From the NCBI GenBank assembly GCA_937936785.1, contig CALDDQ010000002.1, positions 61,192-125,191 of the forward strand: a stretch of DNA of 64,000 bases, in the 5' to 3' direction. The translations under genes and the position numbers were made by a program. Positions 10,304 through 20,430 of the stretch are shown here, one piece after another. The notes below the pieces were generated by a model that searched no databases, had not been told where the DNA came from, and saw only the letters and a list, made by a program, of their open reading frames with translations. Position 1 is the first letter of the stretch, and the number at the start of each line of letters is the position of its first letter. This DNA comes from an uncultured Endomicrobiia bacterium. GTDB lineage: Bacteria > Elusimicrobiota > Endomicrobiia > DTEH01.

Positions 10304-11467
10304 ATGAAAAATTATAATATTTTAATTATAAGCGACATTATTCCAAGCGATTACGAAGGAGGGTCTGGATCTGTTTCTTGGGAGTTGGCAAAAAATTTGC
10401 TCCTAAAGAGACATAAGGTTACAATAATTACTAAAGGAAATAAAGAACATAAATCGTATGAGAATTATGAAGATATAGATATTTATCGTTATGGTAACAA
10501 TTTGTTAAAATGTAAAAAATTGTTTACTAAGCTTAGTTATGAGTTTAAGTTTGATTTAACTATTGGAATTCATCCGTATTCTTCTTTAGGGATTTTGCCT
10601 TTAATAGGTAAAACTAAAATACCATTTATTTATATTTTCAATTCTCCTTGGCCAGAAGAATTTAAAATTCGTGATAAAGATTTTAGGCGTAATTTTTTAC
10701 AAAGTAAGATAGGTTTTTTTATTAGAAAATTTGTAGAGATGAAAGTTTTATTACAAAGTAAAAAAGTTGTTGTTTTAAGTGAATTTATGAAAAACAAGGT
10801 TAAAAGTATGTATAATATTTTAGATGAAAAAATTGAAATTATTCCCGGTGGAATAGATTTGAAAAAGTTTTATCCAGTAGAAGATAGAAAAAAAATTAGA
10901 GAAATTTTAGGGTTGCCAAAAGAAAAAGTTATTTTATTAACAATTCGTAATTTAGTTAGTAGAATGGGATTAGAAAATTTAATTTCAGCATTTAGTATGT
11001 TAAAAAAAGATTTTAAAGAAATTTTTTTAGTTATTGGTGGTCGTGGTTATCTTGAAACAAAGTTAAAAAAAATGGCTATTGAATATAATTTAAGAGATGA
11101 GATTTTGTTCACAGGATATATTCCAGAAGAGAAGTTAGCATTGTATTACCAAATGGCAGATTTATTTGTATTACCTACTAAAGAGTTGGAAGGTTTTGGA
11201 TTAATAATTTTGGAATCATATTCTTGTGGCACACCAGTTGTTGCAACACCTATAGGAGCAATACCAGAAACAATAATAAAATTTGACAAAGATTTTTTGT
11301 TTAAAGGAGTAAGAGATATAGATATATATGAAGGTTTAAAAAATTTTATTTTAAATTATTTAAATGATGAAACTTTAAGAATAAAATGTAGACAGTTTGT
11401 GGAAAAAAATTATTCTTGGAGTAAGTTTACAGATCAGATAGAAAAAATTATTTTTAAAATCATATGA
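10304..11467 (+). CDS. Glycosyltransferase family 4
   Basis: 'EGFGLIILESYSCGTPVVATPIGA' GT-B C-terminal motif. Confidence 0.75.
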   Translation: MKNYNILIISDIIPSDYEGGSGSVSWELAKNLLLKRHKVTIITKGNKEHKSYENYEDIDIYRYGNNLLKCKKLFTKLSYEFKFDLTIGIHPYSSLGILPLIGKTKIPFIYIFNSPWPEEFKIRDKDFRRNFLQSKIGFFIRKFVEMKVLLQSKKVVVLSEFMKNKVKSMYNILDEKIEIIPGGIDLKKFYPVEDRKKIREILGLPKEKVILLTIRNLVSRMGLENLISAFSMLKKDFKEIFLVIGGRGYLETKLKKMAIEYNLRDEILFTGYIPEEKLALYYQMADLFVLPTKELEGFGLIILESYSCGTPVVATPIGAIPETIIKFDKDFLFKGVRDIDIYEGLKNFILNYLNDETLRIKCRQFVEKNYSWSKFTDQIEKIIFKII

Positions 11468-12309
11468 AAAAATGTATTATTTGTGGAAGTGTTGGAAATA
11501 AAAATATTTTTTTTATTGGAGGAAGAAAGTTGGTAAAATGTAATAAATGTGGATTATACTATGCTGTATATAATACAAAAAAAGATTTTGTGGAGTTTTA
11601 TAATAAAATTTATGAAAAAAATTTTAATTTAAAAAAAGTTGATGAAAGTAAAAAGATAATTTTTTTAAATGTTTTAAAAAAAATAAGTTTGAATTCAAAA
11701 GGAAATTTGTTAGATGTAGGAAGTGGTGATGGATATTTTTTGTTTTTAGCAAAAAGATTTGGTTGGGAAACTTATGGAATTGAGATTTCTACTGCAATGT
11801 CTCAATTGGCAAATGAGCGATATAAAATAAAAGTTATAAATTCAATTTTAGTTAAAGCAAGGTTTAAAGAAAATTTTTTTGATGTGGTAACAATGTTCGA
11901 TGTTGTTGATCAGTTAGAAAATCCAATTGAAGAGTTGCAAGAGATAAATAAAATATTAAAACCTGGTGGGATTTTGTTTTTAAGGTTACGTAATTCTTTT
12001 TATCATGTTAATTTACAAATTTTTTTAAGAAAAATATTTGGTAATATGGTTAAAAAAATGTTTGTTATACATGAATATTCATTTTCTGCTTCTAAAATTA
12101 AAAAGTTATTACAAAAAATGAATTTTAAAGAAATAGAAATAAAAAATTCATTTTTTTCATTTGGTGATCCATATTCATCTTTTAAAACAGAGGAAGTTAT
12201 TATAAATTATTTAAAAATAATATTTTATTATGTTTGTGAGATATTTTATTATATAACATTTAAAAAATTATTTTTTTCTCCTTCTTTGCTTATAAGTGCA
12301 AGGAAATAA
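11464..12309 (+). CDS. SAM-dependent methyltransferase with N-terminal zinc-ribbon
   Basis: 'CIICGS...CNKCG' Cys4 ribbon; motif I 'LLDVGSGDGYF'; 'FDVVTMFDVVDQLENP'. Confidence 0.6.
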   Translation: MKKCIICGSVGNKNIFFIGGRKLVKCNKCGLYYAVYNTKKDFVEFYNKIYEKNFNLKKVDESKKIIFLNVLKKISLNSKGNLLDVGSGDGYFLFLAKRFGWETYGIEISTAMSQLANERYKIKVINSILVKARFKENFFDVVTMFDVVDQLENPIEELQEINKILKPGGILFLRLRNSFYHVNLQIFLRKIFGNMVKKMFVIHEYSFSASKIKKLLQKMNFKEIEIKNSFFSFGDPYSSFKTEEVIINYLKIIFYYVCEIFYYITFKKLFFSPSLLISARK

Positions 12310-12316
12310 TTAAATA

Positions 12317-13516
12317 ATGAAGATATTGCATATCATAACTAGACTATCACGAGGTGGATCTGCAGAAAATGTTTTGATTTGTTGTGATAGATTTTCATCT
12401 GGTAGAGTACCACTAATGACCGACTATGAAGTTGTGCTTGTTTATGGTGGTGAAAAGATTAATTTTTTGAAAAAAAATGTTGTGTATAAAATTTATCATT
12501 TACCAGAGTTAGTGCGAGATGTATCGGTTTTAAAAGATATTATATCTTTTTGTAAAATATATAAAATTATAAGTAAAGAAAATCCAGATATTGTTCATAC
12601 TCATTCATCAAAAGCAGGAATTTTAGGTCGTTGGGCAACATTTTTTTATAATTGGAAAATTCAAATTAGAAATTATAAAAAAAAGGTAAAAATAATTCAT
12701 ACTCCACACGGGCATATTTTTTATGGTTACTATGATAAAATTAAAACATTGATTTTTGTTTTGTTAGAAAAGTTCACTGCAAGAATAACTGACAAAATAG
12801 TTGCCTTGACTAAAGGTGAAAAAAATGAATCAATAAAATTTGGATTAGGAAAAAAAGAACAGTGGGTAATTATTCCTTCAGGAGTTGATTATAAATTAAG
12901 AATTAAAGATTATAAAGTGGAAAAATTAAAAAAAGAATTTGGGATACAAAATAATGATTTAATAATAGGTACAGTTGCGAGATTAGAACCTGTAAAAGGT
13001 GTAAAATATTTTATAGATGCAATAAAGATAATTACAGATTATAAATTACCGATTGTAGATTATTGCAAATTTTTAATAGTAGGGGATGGAATAGAAAGAA
13101 AGTTTTTAGAAGAAAAAAGTAGGAAATTAAAAGTTAACAACAAAATTATTTTTACAGGTATGGTGGATTATGTTGTTGAAGTTATGTCAGTAATGGACAT
13201 ATACGTTCAACCATCAATAAATGAAGGTATGGGAAAGACAATTGTCATTGCAAGTATGTTAGGTTTGCCTATAGTGGCAACAAAAGTGCAAGGAATTCCT
13301 GATGTGGTAATAGACAAAATTACAGGATTTTTAATAAAACCAAAAAGTTCAAAAGAAATTGCAAAAGCTATTATGGACCTTATTATGGATGAGAATTTAA
13401 GAAAAAAATTAGGGTCAGAAGGTATAAAATGGGTAAGAAAAGTAGTGAATGGATATGAACAATTTAGTATTGATAGGATGTTATATGATCTGGAAAGATT
13501 ATATGAAACTGTATAA
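12317..13516 (+). CDS. Glycosyltransferase family 4
   Basis: 'EGMGKTIVIASMLGLPIVATKVQGIPDVV' GT-B C-terminal motif. Confidence 0.75.
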   Translation: MKILHIITRLSRGGSAENVLICCDRFSSGRVPLMTDYEVVLVYGGEKINFLKKNVVYKIYHLPELVRDVSVLKDIISFCKIYKIISKENPDIVHTHSSKAGILGRWATFFYNWKIQIRNYKKKVKIIHTPHGHIFYGYYDKIKTLIFVLLEKFTARITDKIVALTKGEKNESIKFGLGKKEQWVIIPSGVDYKLRIKDYKVEKLKKEFGIQNNDLIIGTVARLEPVKGVKYFIDAIKIITDYKLPIVDYCKFLIVGDGIERKFLEEKSRKLKVNNKIIFTGMVDYVVEVMSVMDIYVQPSINEGMGKTIVIASMLGLPIVATKVQGIPDVVIDKITGFLIKPKSSKEIAKAIMDLIMDENLRKKLGSEGIKWVRKVVNGYEQFSIDRMLYDLERLYETV

Positions 13517-14897
13517 AATATATTTTTTGTTGATATTATGGTTTGGAAATTTATTTTCATACCAAAAAGTATCATTTGTTTTTCATGTTCACTCAAACTA
13601 TAGTTCTGATACTAATCCATCAATTGAAGAGATTTTACAGGATTGTATAAAATATGATATTGACTCAATATGTTTGACAGATCATGCCATTGCAAAAACA
13701 GAATTTGGTATAAAACCGTTTCATAGGTTGTTAAAAAAAACTGTGGAATATAAAAGTATATTAAAGTCTGGAGTAAAAAAATATTTAGAAGAAATTAATT
13801 TTTTATCAAAGAAATATCCTCAGATAATTATATTTTCTGGAGCGGAAGTGGCTGCTGCATATTATTGGACAAGGGATAAAATAAATTTTGTATTGAACAA
13901 CTATCATAAACATATGCTTGTTGTAGGTTTTGAAGACGAGCAAGATTTTTATAAGTTGCCAGTGTTAGGTAATGAGATTAGATCTGAGAAATTTAATTTT
14001 TTTTCTTTATGGCCAATTTTAGGTATTTTGTATGTGTTAAGTTTTGTGAAAAGGAACAAAAAAGTTTTTATAATAGTTTTTTTATTAATTTTAATTATGA
14101 ACTATCCATTTAAATATTTATCTTATGATGGATATAATGATTATAATGAGATACCATACCAAAGTTTAATCAATTACATAAATAAATTTAAAGATAATAA
14201 ACTAATAATTTGGGCACATCCAGATGCACCTAATTGGACTGATGTAAGTTTGTTAAAAGATTATAAACTTTTTAAAATATTTACTAAAACTGATAAGTAT
14301 TATAATTCATTACTGAAAACAGTTAATTATGATGGTTTTTCAATTTTTGCTGAAGGATATAAAGAAACAGGAAAAATAAATGGTGTATGGGACAATTTGT
14401 TGTTGGAATATTGTATGGGACAAAGAGATAAACCAGTATGGTGTTTCTCAGAGGTGGACTATGGAGAAAATTCTGATGAGATATATGTAAGGAAAAATAT
14501 AGTTTATGTAGAACATAAAAAAAAAGATTCTATATTGAACTCGTTAAAAAAGGGTAAGTTTTATAGTTTATGGAGAGAAAAGGATAGAGAGATTATTTTA
14601 GAAAATTTTGAGTTTAGATGTGGTTCAAAGAAAGTTATTTTTGGTGAAGAGGTTGATGTTGAAGGAAAAATTAATATTTCAGGTGAAATAATTTTTTCTG
14701 ACAATTCTGTTTTTCCTATAAAAATTGATATTATAAAAAATGGAGTTTTAATTAAAACAATTGAAGGTAAGACACCATATAAGTTTAATTTTGAAGATAT
14801 TTATCTTGAAGATATGAAAAAAGGATATTATAGAATATTTATAGAATCTAAATATCCGAACAAAATTGCAACAAATCCAATTTTTGTAAAAAAATAG
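13503..14897 (+). CDS. PHP-domain (polymerase/histidinol phosphatase fold) metal-dependent phosphoesterase-like protein with signal peptide and internal hydrophobic segment
   Basis: 'FVFHVHSNYSSD...CLTDHA...FSGAEV' PHP motifs I-III and a later 'IIWAHPDAP' motif. N-terminal 'MKLYKIYFLLILWFGNLFS' signal-like segment. Central TM-like stretch 'LWPILGILYVLSFV...FIIVFLLILIM'. Start chosen at ATG 13503 (the ORF-track start 13449 overlaps the upstream gene by 68 nt). Confidence 0.45.
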   Translation: MKLYKIYFLLILWFGNLFSYQKVSFVFHVHSNYSSDTNPSIEEILQDCIKYDIDSICLTDHAIAKTEFGIKPFHRLLKKTVEYKSILKSGVKKYLEEINFLSKKYPQIIIFSGAEVAAAYYWTRDKINFVLNNYHKHMLVVGFEDEQDFYKLPVLGNEIRSEKFNFFSLWPILGILYVLSFVKRNKKVFIIVFLLILIMNYPFKYLSYDGYNDYNEIPYQSLINYINKFKDNKLIIWAHPDAPNWTDVSLLKDYKLFKIFTKTDKYYNSLLKTVNYDGFSIFAEGYKETGKINGVWDNLLLEYCMGQRDKPVWCFSEVDYGENSDEIYVRKNIVYVEHKKKDSILNSLKKGKFYSLWREKDREIILENFEFRCGSKKVIFGEEVDVEGKINISGEIIFSDNSVFPIKIDIIKNGVLIKTIEGKTPYKFNFEDIYLEDMKKGYYRIFIESKYPNKIATNPIFVKK

Positions 14898-15572
14898 ATG
14901 AAAATAAGTATTCATCAACCACAGTATATACCTTGGGCTGGATATTTTAATAAGATAATAAGAAGTGATATATTTGTATTTCTTGATGATGTGCAATATA
15001 AAAAAAATGAATGGCAAAATAGAAATAGAATAAAATCTATTTCAGGAACATTGTGGTTAACAGTTCCTGTTTATTATAAATTTGGTCAAAAAATTAATGA
15101 AGTAAAAATTGACAACAAAATTTTTTGGCAAAAAAATCATTTAAAAACAATAGATTTAAATTATAGAAAAAGTCAATATTTTAACAAAATATATCCTTTA
15201 GTTGAAAATGTTTTAAATAAAGAGTATAACTACTTAATAGACATAAACATTGCATCAATAAATATGGTTTTAAAATATTTAGGTATCAAAAGAAAAATTG
15301 TAAAATCATCAGAATATAAAGTTGAAGGAGAGAAATCATGCAGGTTAGTAAATATTTGTAAGATATTAGGAGGAGATATTTATTTATCAGGACAAGGTGC
15401 ACGTGATTATATTGATGAAAAAGAATTTATAAAAAATAATATAAAATTAGAATTTCAAGAATATAAAATTATTGAATATCCACAACTTTTTGGAAAATTT
15501 GTTCCAAACTTGTCAATATTAGATATGATGTTTAATTGTAGCAAGGAACAAACTTTAAAAATTATTAGTTAA
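14898..15572 (+). CDS. WbqC-like family protein
   Basis: N-terminal 'MKISIHQPQYIPWAGYFNKI' characteristic of the WbqC family. Immediately upstream of a DegT-type aminotransferase, as is typical. Confidence 0.75.
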   Translation: MKISIHQPQYIPWAGYFNKIIRSDIFVFLDDVQYKKNEWQNRNRIKSISGTLWLTVPVYYKFGQKINEVKIDNKIFWQKNHLKTIDLNYRKSQYFNKIYPLVENVLNKEYNYLIDINIASINMVLKYLGIKRKIVKSSEYKVEGEKSCRLVNICKILGGDIYLSGQGARDYIDEKEFIKNNIKLEFQEYKIIEYPQLFGKFVPNLSILDMMFNCSKEQTLKIIS

Positions 15573-15592
15573 TTTTTATATAAATAGTTAAT

Positions 15593-16648
15593 ATGATTCT
15601 ACATTCAAAACCTACAATTACAGAAAATGAAGTTAGAACTGTAAAAAAAGTTTTGTTTTCACAACGATTAACACAGAACGGTTTTGTAAACAAATTTGAA
15701 GATAAGATATCTAAATATTTTAACAAAAAATATTCAGTTTGTGTTTCATCAGGGACAGCAGCGTTGCACATTATTTTACAATCTTTAGGCGTAAATAAAA
15801 AAAGTGAAGTAATAATTCCTTCATATACCTGTTCTGCGTTATTATATTCTGTGTTATATTTAGGTGCAAAACCTGTGTTTGCTGATGTAAACGAATATGA
15901 TGGTAATATAAATTATTCAGATGCATGTACAAAAATTACAAAAAAAACCAAAGCTATAATTGTGCCACATATGTTTGGTTTTCCAATTGTTGAGATTAAA
16001 AAATTTTTAGAATTAGGTATACCTATTATAGAAGATTGTGCCCAGAGTGTAGGAGCAAAAATTTTTGGTGTAAAAGTTGGAAGTTTTTCAGATTATGGTG
16101 TAGTATCATTTTATGGGACAAAAATGTTAACAAGTGGTGGTGAAGGTGGATGTGTGTTTTTAAACTCAAGAAAAATTTATAGAAAATTGTTACAATTTAG
16201 AGATTATGATAAAAAAAATTATACAAATTTAAGTTATAATTATAAAATGACCGAGATACAAGCTGCTATTGGTGTTTCGCAGATAAAAGAAATTGAAAAT
16301 TTTGTTTCAAGAAGAAAAAAAATTGCTCAAACATATACAAAAGAATTAAACAAAATAGATATAGAATTGCCAGTTATTGTAGATATGGCTGAACCAGTTT
16401 TTTATAGATATATTATAAAATTGCCAAATAAAAAGATAATTAAAAAGGTTATTGACAAATATTTAGATAACAAAATTTCTGTATCAAGACCTGTTTATAT
16501 GCCATTAGATTTGTTATATAAAAAAAAAGTTTATTGTAAAACATCAAAAGAGTTATATGATAAATGTTTATCTTTACCGATTTATCCTTCGTTAAAAGAT
16601 GAAGAGTTGGATAAAATAATAAAAATTACAAAAAGGATATTTGGATAA
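15593..16648 (+). CDS. DegT/DnrJ/EryC1/StrS-family PLP-dependent sugar aminotransferase
   Basis: 'SSGTAALHIIL', 'CAQSVGAKIFGVKVGSFSDYGVVSFYGTKMLTSGGEGG' (Lys in 'GTKML' is the likely PLP lysine). Confidence 0.85.
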   Translation: MILHSKPTITENEVRTVKKVLFSQRLTQNGFVNKFEDKISKYFNKKYSVCVSSGTAALHIILQSLGVNKKSEVIIPSYTCSALLYSVLYLGAKPVFADVNEYDGNINYSDACTKITKKTKAIIVPHMFGFPIVEIKKFLELGIPIIEDCAQSVGAKIFGVKVGSFSDYGVVSFYGTKMLTSGGEGGCVFLNSRKIYRKLLQFRDYDKKNYTNLSYNYKMTEIQAAIGVSQIKEIENFVSRRKKIAQTYTKELNKIDIELPVIVDMAEPVFYRYIIKLPNKKIIKKVIDKYLDNKISVSRPVYMPLDLLYKKKVYCKTSKELYDKCLSLPIYPSLKDEELDKIIKITKRIFG

Positions 16649-16653
16649 AAATT

Positions 16654-17457
16654 ATGTATGAAACATTTTGGGGATTAAAAGAAAAACCGTTTGAAAATAC
16701 ACCTGATCCAAAATTTTTTTATAATTCACAACAACATGAGGAAGCTTTAGCACGAATGTTATACGTAATCCGAGAGAGTAAAGGAGCAGGATTATTAACT
16801 GGGGTATATGGTTGTGGTAAGACATTAATTTCAAGAGCAATTTTTAAAGAATTAGAACAAGACATTTATAAAATTGCCATAATAACAAATCCTAGGTTGG
16901 ATGACATAGAAATGTTAAGAATGATAACGTATAATTTAGGTGTTGGAAGTGATATACCTACAAGAAAAACAGATGTTTTGATAAAATTAGAAACTATTTT
17001 GAAAAATAATTTGTTAGATGGTAAAAAAACTGTAGTTATAATAGATGAAGCTCATGTAATTGAAAAAAAAGAAATTTTTGAGGAAATAAGGTTATTGTTA
17101 AATTTTCAGTTAGAGGATAAGTTTTTGTTAACATTATTACTTTTTGGTCAACCGGAGTTAAAAGATAAAGTTGAAGATATTAAACAGCTTAATCAGAGAA
17201 TTGTTATGAGACAAAACTTAACATCTTTTACCAGAGAAGAAGTTGAAAATTATATTTTTCATAGATTAACAGTTGCTGGATTGAAAGAAAAAATTTTTTC
17301 TTCTGAAATTATTGGACTAATTTTTGAACGATCTGGTGGTATTCCAAGACGTATTAACCAAATTTGTGATACAATACTTCTTGCATCTTTTGGCAAAGGG
17401 ACAAAAAATATTACACAAGATTTAGTAAAAGAAACTTTACAAAGTTTTTCTTTGTGA
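16654..17457 (+). CDS. ExeA/GspA-like AAA ATPase (EPS-locus-associated secretion ATPase type)
   Basis: Walker A 'GVYGCGKT', Walker B 'VVIIDEAH'; about 270 aa, which is the typical size. Confidence 0.6.
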   Translation: MYETFWGLKEKPFENTPDPKFFYNSQQHEEALARMLYVIRESKGAGLLTGVYGCGKTLISRAIFKELEQDIYKIAIITNPRLDDIEMLRMITYNLGVGSDIPTRKTDVLIKLETILKNNLLDGKKTVVIIDEAHVIEKKEIFEEIRLLLNFQLEDKFLLTLLLFGQPELKDKVEDIKQLNQRIVMRQNLTSFTREEVENYIFHRLTVAGLKEKIFSSEIIGLIFERSGGIPRRINQICDTILLASFGKGTKNITQDLVKETLQSFSL

Positions 17458-17481
17458 AAATAAATATAATAGGAGAAAATT

Positions 17482-18102
17482 ATGAACATACTTGCAATAG
17501 GAGCACATCCTGATGATATAGAATATGGTTGTGGAGGAACGCTGTTAAAGTTAAAATCTAAAGGTGCAAAATTAAATCTTTTAGTAATGACCAAAGGCGA
17601 GTATGGCGGGAAAGAAAGTGTTAGAAAAAAAGAACAAGAAAAAGTTTGTAAAAAACTTAGTGCGAAACTTTATTGGGGAGGTCTTTATGATACTAAAATT
17701 TTGTTATCTAAAGAGTTAATTAATCTTATAGAAAATAATATAAAAAAAGTTAGCCCGGATATAATATTTATTCATTATATGGAAGACACACATCAGGACC
17801 ATAGAAATATTTCTCAAGCGACAATTACTGCTACAAGATATGTAAGAAATGTTTTGTTTTATGAATCTCCAATGAGTATAAATTTTTCTCCAACAGTATT
17901 TATGGATATAGGTGATGTATTATCTAAAAAAATTTCTTTATTAAAAACACATCGTTCACAAGTATATTCTACAAAAATTAAAGGTTTGTCCATTGTTGAA
18001 GGAATGACTTCGTGTGCAATTTATCGCGGATACCAAACAAGAGTAAAATATGCAGAAGGATTTGTCCCTTTAAGATTATCATTAGATGTGTGTTTTAAAT
18101 AA
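17482..18102 (+). CDS. PIG-L/LmbE-family N-acetylglucosaminyl deacetylase
   Basis: 'ILAIGAHPDDIEYGCGGTLLK' and 'HQDHRN' metal-binding motifs. Confidence 0.8.
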   Translation: MNILAIGAHPDDIEYGCGGTLLKLKSKGAKLNLLVMTKGEYGGKESVRKKEQEKVCKKLSAKLYWGGLYDTKILLSKELINLIENNIKKVSPDIIFIHYMEDTHQDHRNISQATITATRYVRNVLFYESPMSINFSPTVFMDIGDVLSKKISLLKTHRSQVYSTKIKGLSIVEGMTSCAIYRGYQTRVKYAEGFVPLRLSLDVCFK

Positions 18103-18108
18103 TATTTT

Positions 18109-19236
18109 ATGAAAGAGAAATTGTTATATTTTTTAGTAATTATTTTAATAATATATTTTTTATCACCTATAGGAGGAACGTGGTTTTATTTAAAAGGAGT
18201 TAGATGGTTATACATTATTTTGTTGTCAGGAATGATTTCTTTTGTTATAGTTCCTATTTTAATAAATTTATCAAACAAGTTTAAATGGTTAGATTATCCT
18301 GATGAAAGAAAAATGCATAAAACACCTGTTCCAAGAATTGGTGGTTTAGCTATAATGATTTCATTTATTATTACTATAGTTAGAAACTTACAATTTTCTA
18401 GAGAAATACAAGGATTGTTGTTTTCTAGTATTTTAATAATGGTTATTGGTGTAATAGATGATATTTGGAATGTTAAAGCATGGATAAAGTTGTTATTTCA
18501 AATAATTGCATCATTTATTATTATAAGTTTTGGGTATAAAATTACAATAATACCTAATAATTGGCCGTTTGAAAATGTTATAGAAATTATTATTACAATA
18601 ATTTGGTTTGTTGGAGTAACAAATGCAATAAATTTTTTAGATGGTATTGATGGTCTAGTAGCATCGTTTGGAATATTTTGTTCAGGTATATTTTTAGTAT
18701 TGTCAATACTTACTGAACAAAAGTTTTTAGGTTATGTTGTTGCAACACTTTTTGGTGCGTGTTTAGGTTTTTTGAGATATAATTGGTTTAGTGCAAAAAT
18801 TTTTTTAGGTGACAGTGGATCAACATTGATAGGTTTTATTTTGGCAGCAGTTTCTGTAGTAGGTTTTTGGGCAAATAAAAATTTTTTAGTATCAGCATCA
18901 ACACCTATATTAATTTTAGGTGTGCCTATTTATGATATTATATATACCACAATTTCAAGAATAAATAATGGTAAAGTAAAAAATTTCAAACAATGGATAG
19001 AATATGTTGGGAAAGATCATATACATCATAGATTATTAAATTTAGGTTTTTCTATCCAAGCGTCAGTAGGTATAATAATATTGATAACATTTTGTTTAGG
19101 ATTATCATCTATAGTAATGAGATATTTACTTGTAGAAAATATTGGTACAATTTTGTTATTAATACAAGCAGTTACAATTTTTTTTATAATATCAATAATA
19201 ATGTTTTCTGGCAAAGAAAAAAATAATAAGTTTTAA
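18109..19236 (+). CDS. Polyprenyl-phosphate N-acetylhexosamine-1-phosphate transferase (WecA/MraY family); initiating transferase of the glycan locus
   Basis: 'DDIWNV', 'NAINFLDGIDGL', 'LGDSGS' motifs; about 10 TM helices. Confidence 0.8.
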   Translation: MKEKLLYFLVIILIIYFLSPIGGTWFYLKGVRWLYIILLSGMISFVIVPILINLSNKFKWLDYPDERKMHKTPVPRIGGLAIMISFIITIVRNLQFSREIQGLLFSSILIMVIGVIDDIWNVKAWIKLLFQIIASFIIISFGYKITIIPNNWPFENVIEIIITIIWFVGVTNAINFLDGIDGLVASFGIFCSGIFLVLSILTEQKFLGYVVATLFGACLGFLRYNWFSAKIFLGDSGSTLIGFILAAVSVVGFWANKNFLVSASTPILILGVPIYDIIYTTISRINNGKVKNFKQWIEYVGKDHIHHRLLNLGFSIQASVGIIILITFCLGLSSIVMRYLLVENIGTILLLIQAVTIFFIISIIMFSGKEKNNKF

Positions 19237-19263
19237 ATTACAATTTAATAATTTTTTAAGAGG

Positions 19264-20376
19264 TTGAATTTTATGAAATACAGGTATAAAAAATTTTTTT
19301 TATTTATATTTTTTTATTTTTTTTTGATAGAATATATTTTTTCATCTGGATATATTTATACAACAGCTTTAGGTAAGAAAATATCAAATAATGCAGTTGT
19401 AGTTGGGTTGGGGAATAACTTATCTTTAATAAATTCTTTATGTGTTATGAAATACAATCCCGCAAGTTTAGTAGACAACAAAAGTTTAACATTAGAAATT
19501 AATTATGGTTTTTATATTTTAGATGAAAGAATAATGGAAGACAAACTAAGGTTAGAAAAAAATAGTTATAATTATTTTACTACTCCAGAAATATCATTGT
19601 TTTATCCTATAAGAGCTAAAGAATCTTCTTTAAGTATAGGTTTTGGTTTAGGTTATGGTTCAGAATATGAAAATAATTATTCATATATTTCTGCGAGTAA
19701 TACGTATACAATAATCTCAAACATTGATTCAATGACAATGCCGATAGTTTTTGGTAGTGATAGAATATCTTTTTCTTTAAGTATTAAAAATATTTCAGGT
19801 ATAAAAAATGTAAATATTAATTCATCTAAAATAGAACATTCAATATCTGGCAATAGTATTGTGTTTGGTTCAAAGATAAAAATCTTAAATACTACTTTTG
19901 GTATTGGATATAATCCACAGACTGAACTTGAATTAAAAACTTCTTTATTTACACAAAAAGTGTCTTTTCCTGAAAAGATATTATTAGCATTTAAACAAGA
20001 TTTTTATATAGGATCAATTAAAGATTCAAGTGCATATTTGGAATTTGGATTAATGAACTATAGTAAAATTAAAATTGACAATATTGAAAGTGGATATAAT
20101 GACATTATGACAACTTCTATAGGTTTAGAAAAAAGTTTAAGTGAAGAGATGTTGTTAAGAATAGGTTTTTTTTATGAACCAAATTATATAATTCGTGGTA
20201 GTGTAAATAGTGGATTAAGTTGTGGACTAGGATATGATAAAAATAATTTACAGTTTAATTTAGGACTAAATTATAGTAAAGAAAACTATAAGGGAGATGA
20301 TATAATTTTTTCTACTAAAAAAGTTATTGATGAAAGTTATACAAACATAGTTTTAGGAATAAAATATAGGTTATAG
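19264..20376 (+). CDS. Outer-membrane beta-barrel protein, PorP/SprF/PorQ-like (putative T9SS-associated)
   Basis: Signal peptide; 'YNPASL' resembling the N-terminal NPAxxG motif of PorP/SprF. Alternating beta-strand pattern; C-terminal '...GIKYRL'. Paralogous to the 21846..22742 product. Confidence 0.4.
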   Translation: MNFMKYRYKKFFLFIFFYFFLIEYIFSSGYIYTTALGKKISNNAVVVGLGNNLSLINSLCVMKYNPASLVDNKSLTLEINYGFYILDERIMEDKLRLEKNSYNYFTTPEISLFYPIRAKESSLSIGFGLGYGSEYENNYSYISASNTYTIISNIDSMTMPIVFGSDRISFSLSIKNISGIKNVNINSSKIEHSISGNSIVFGSKIKILNTTFGIGYNPQTELELKTSLFTQKVSFPEKILLAFKQDFYIGSIKDSSAYLEFGLMNYSKIKIDNIESGYNDIMTTSIGLEKSLSEEMLLRIGFFYEPNYIIRGSVNSGLSCGLGYDKNNLQFNLGLNYSKENYKGDDIIFSTKKVIDESYTNIVLGIKYRL

Positions 20377-20430
20377 TTAATTTTAATGATTCGATAATTA
20401 TAAAATTATAAAATTTTAAAATTTTAAAAA

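Noticed and set aside
15472-15480. DnaA-box-like 9-mers (ATATCCACA at 15472; CTATCCACA at 41227), considered as a possible oriC near the dnaA-like gene
   Set aside because: Single, imperfect, isolated matches inside coding sequence. No cluster exists in the intergenic regions flanking the DnaA-like gene (36695-36857).
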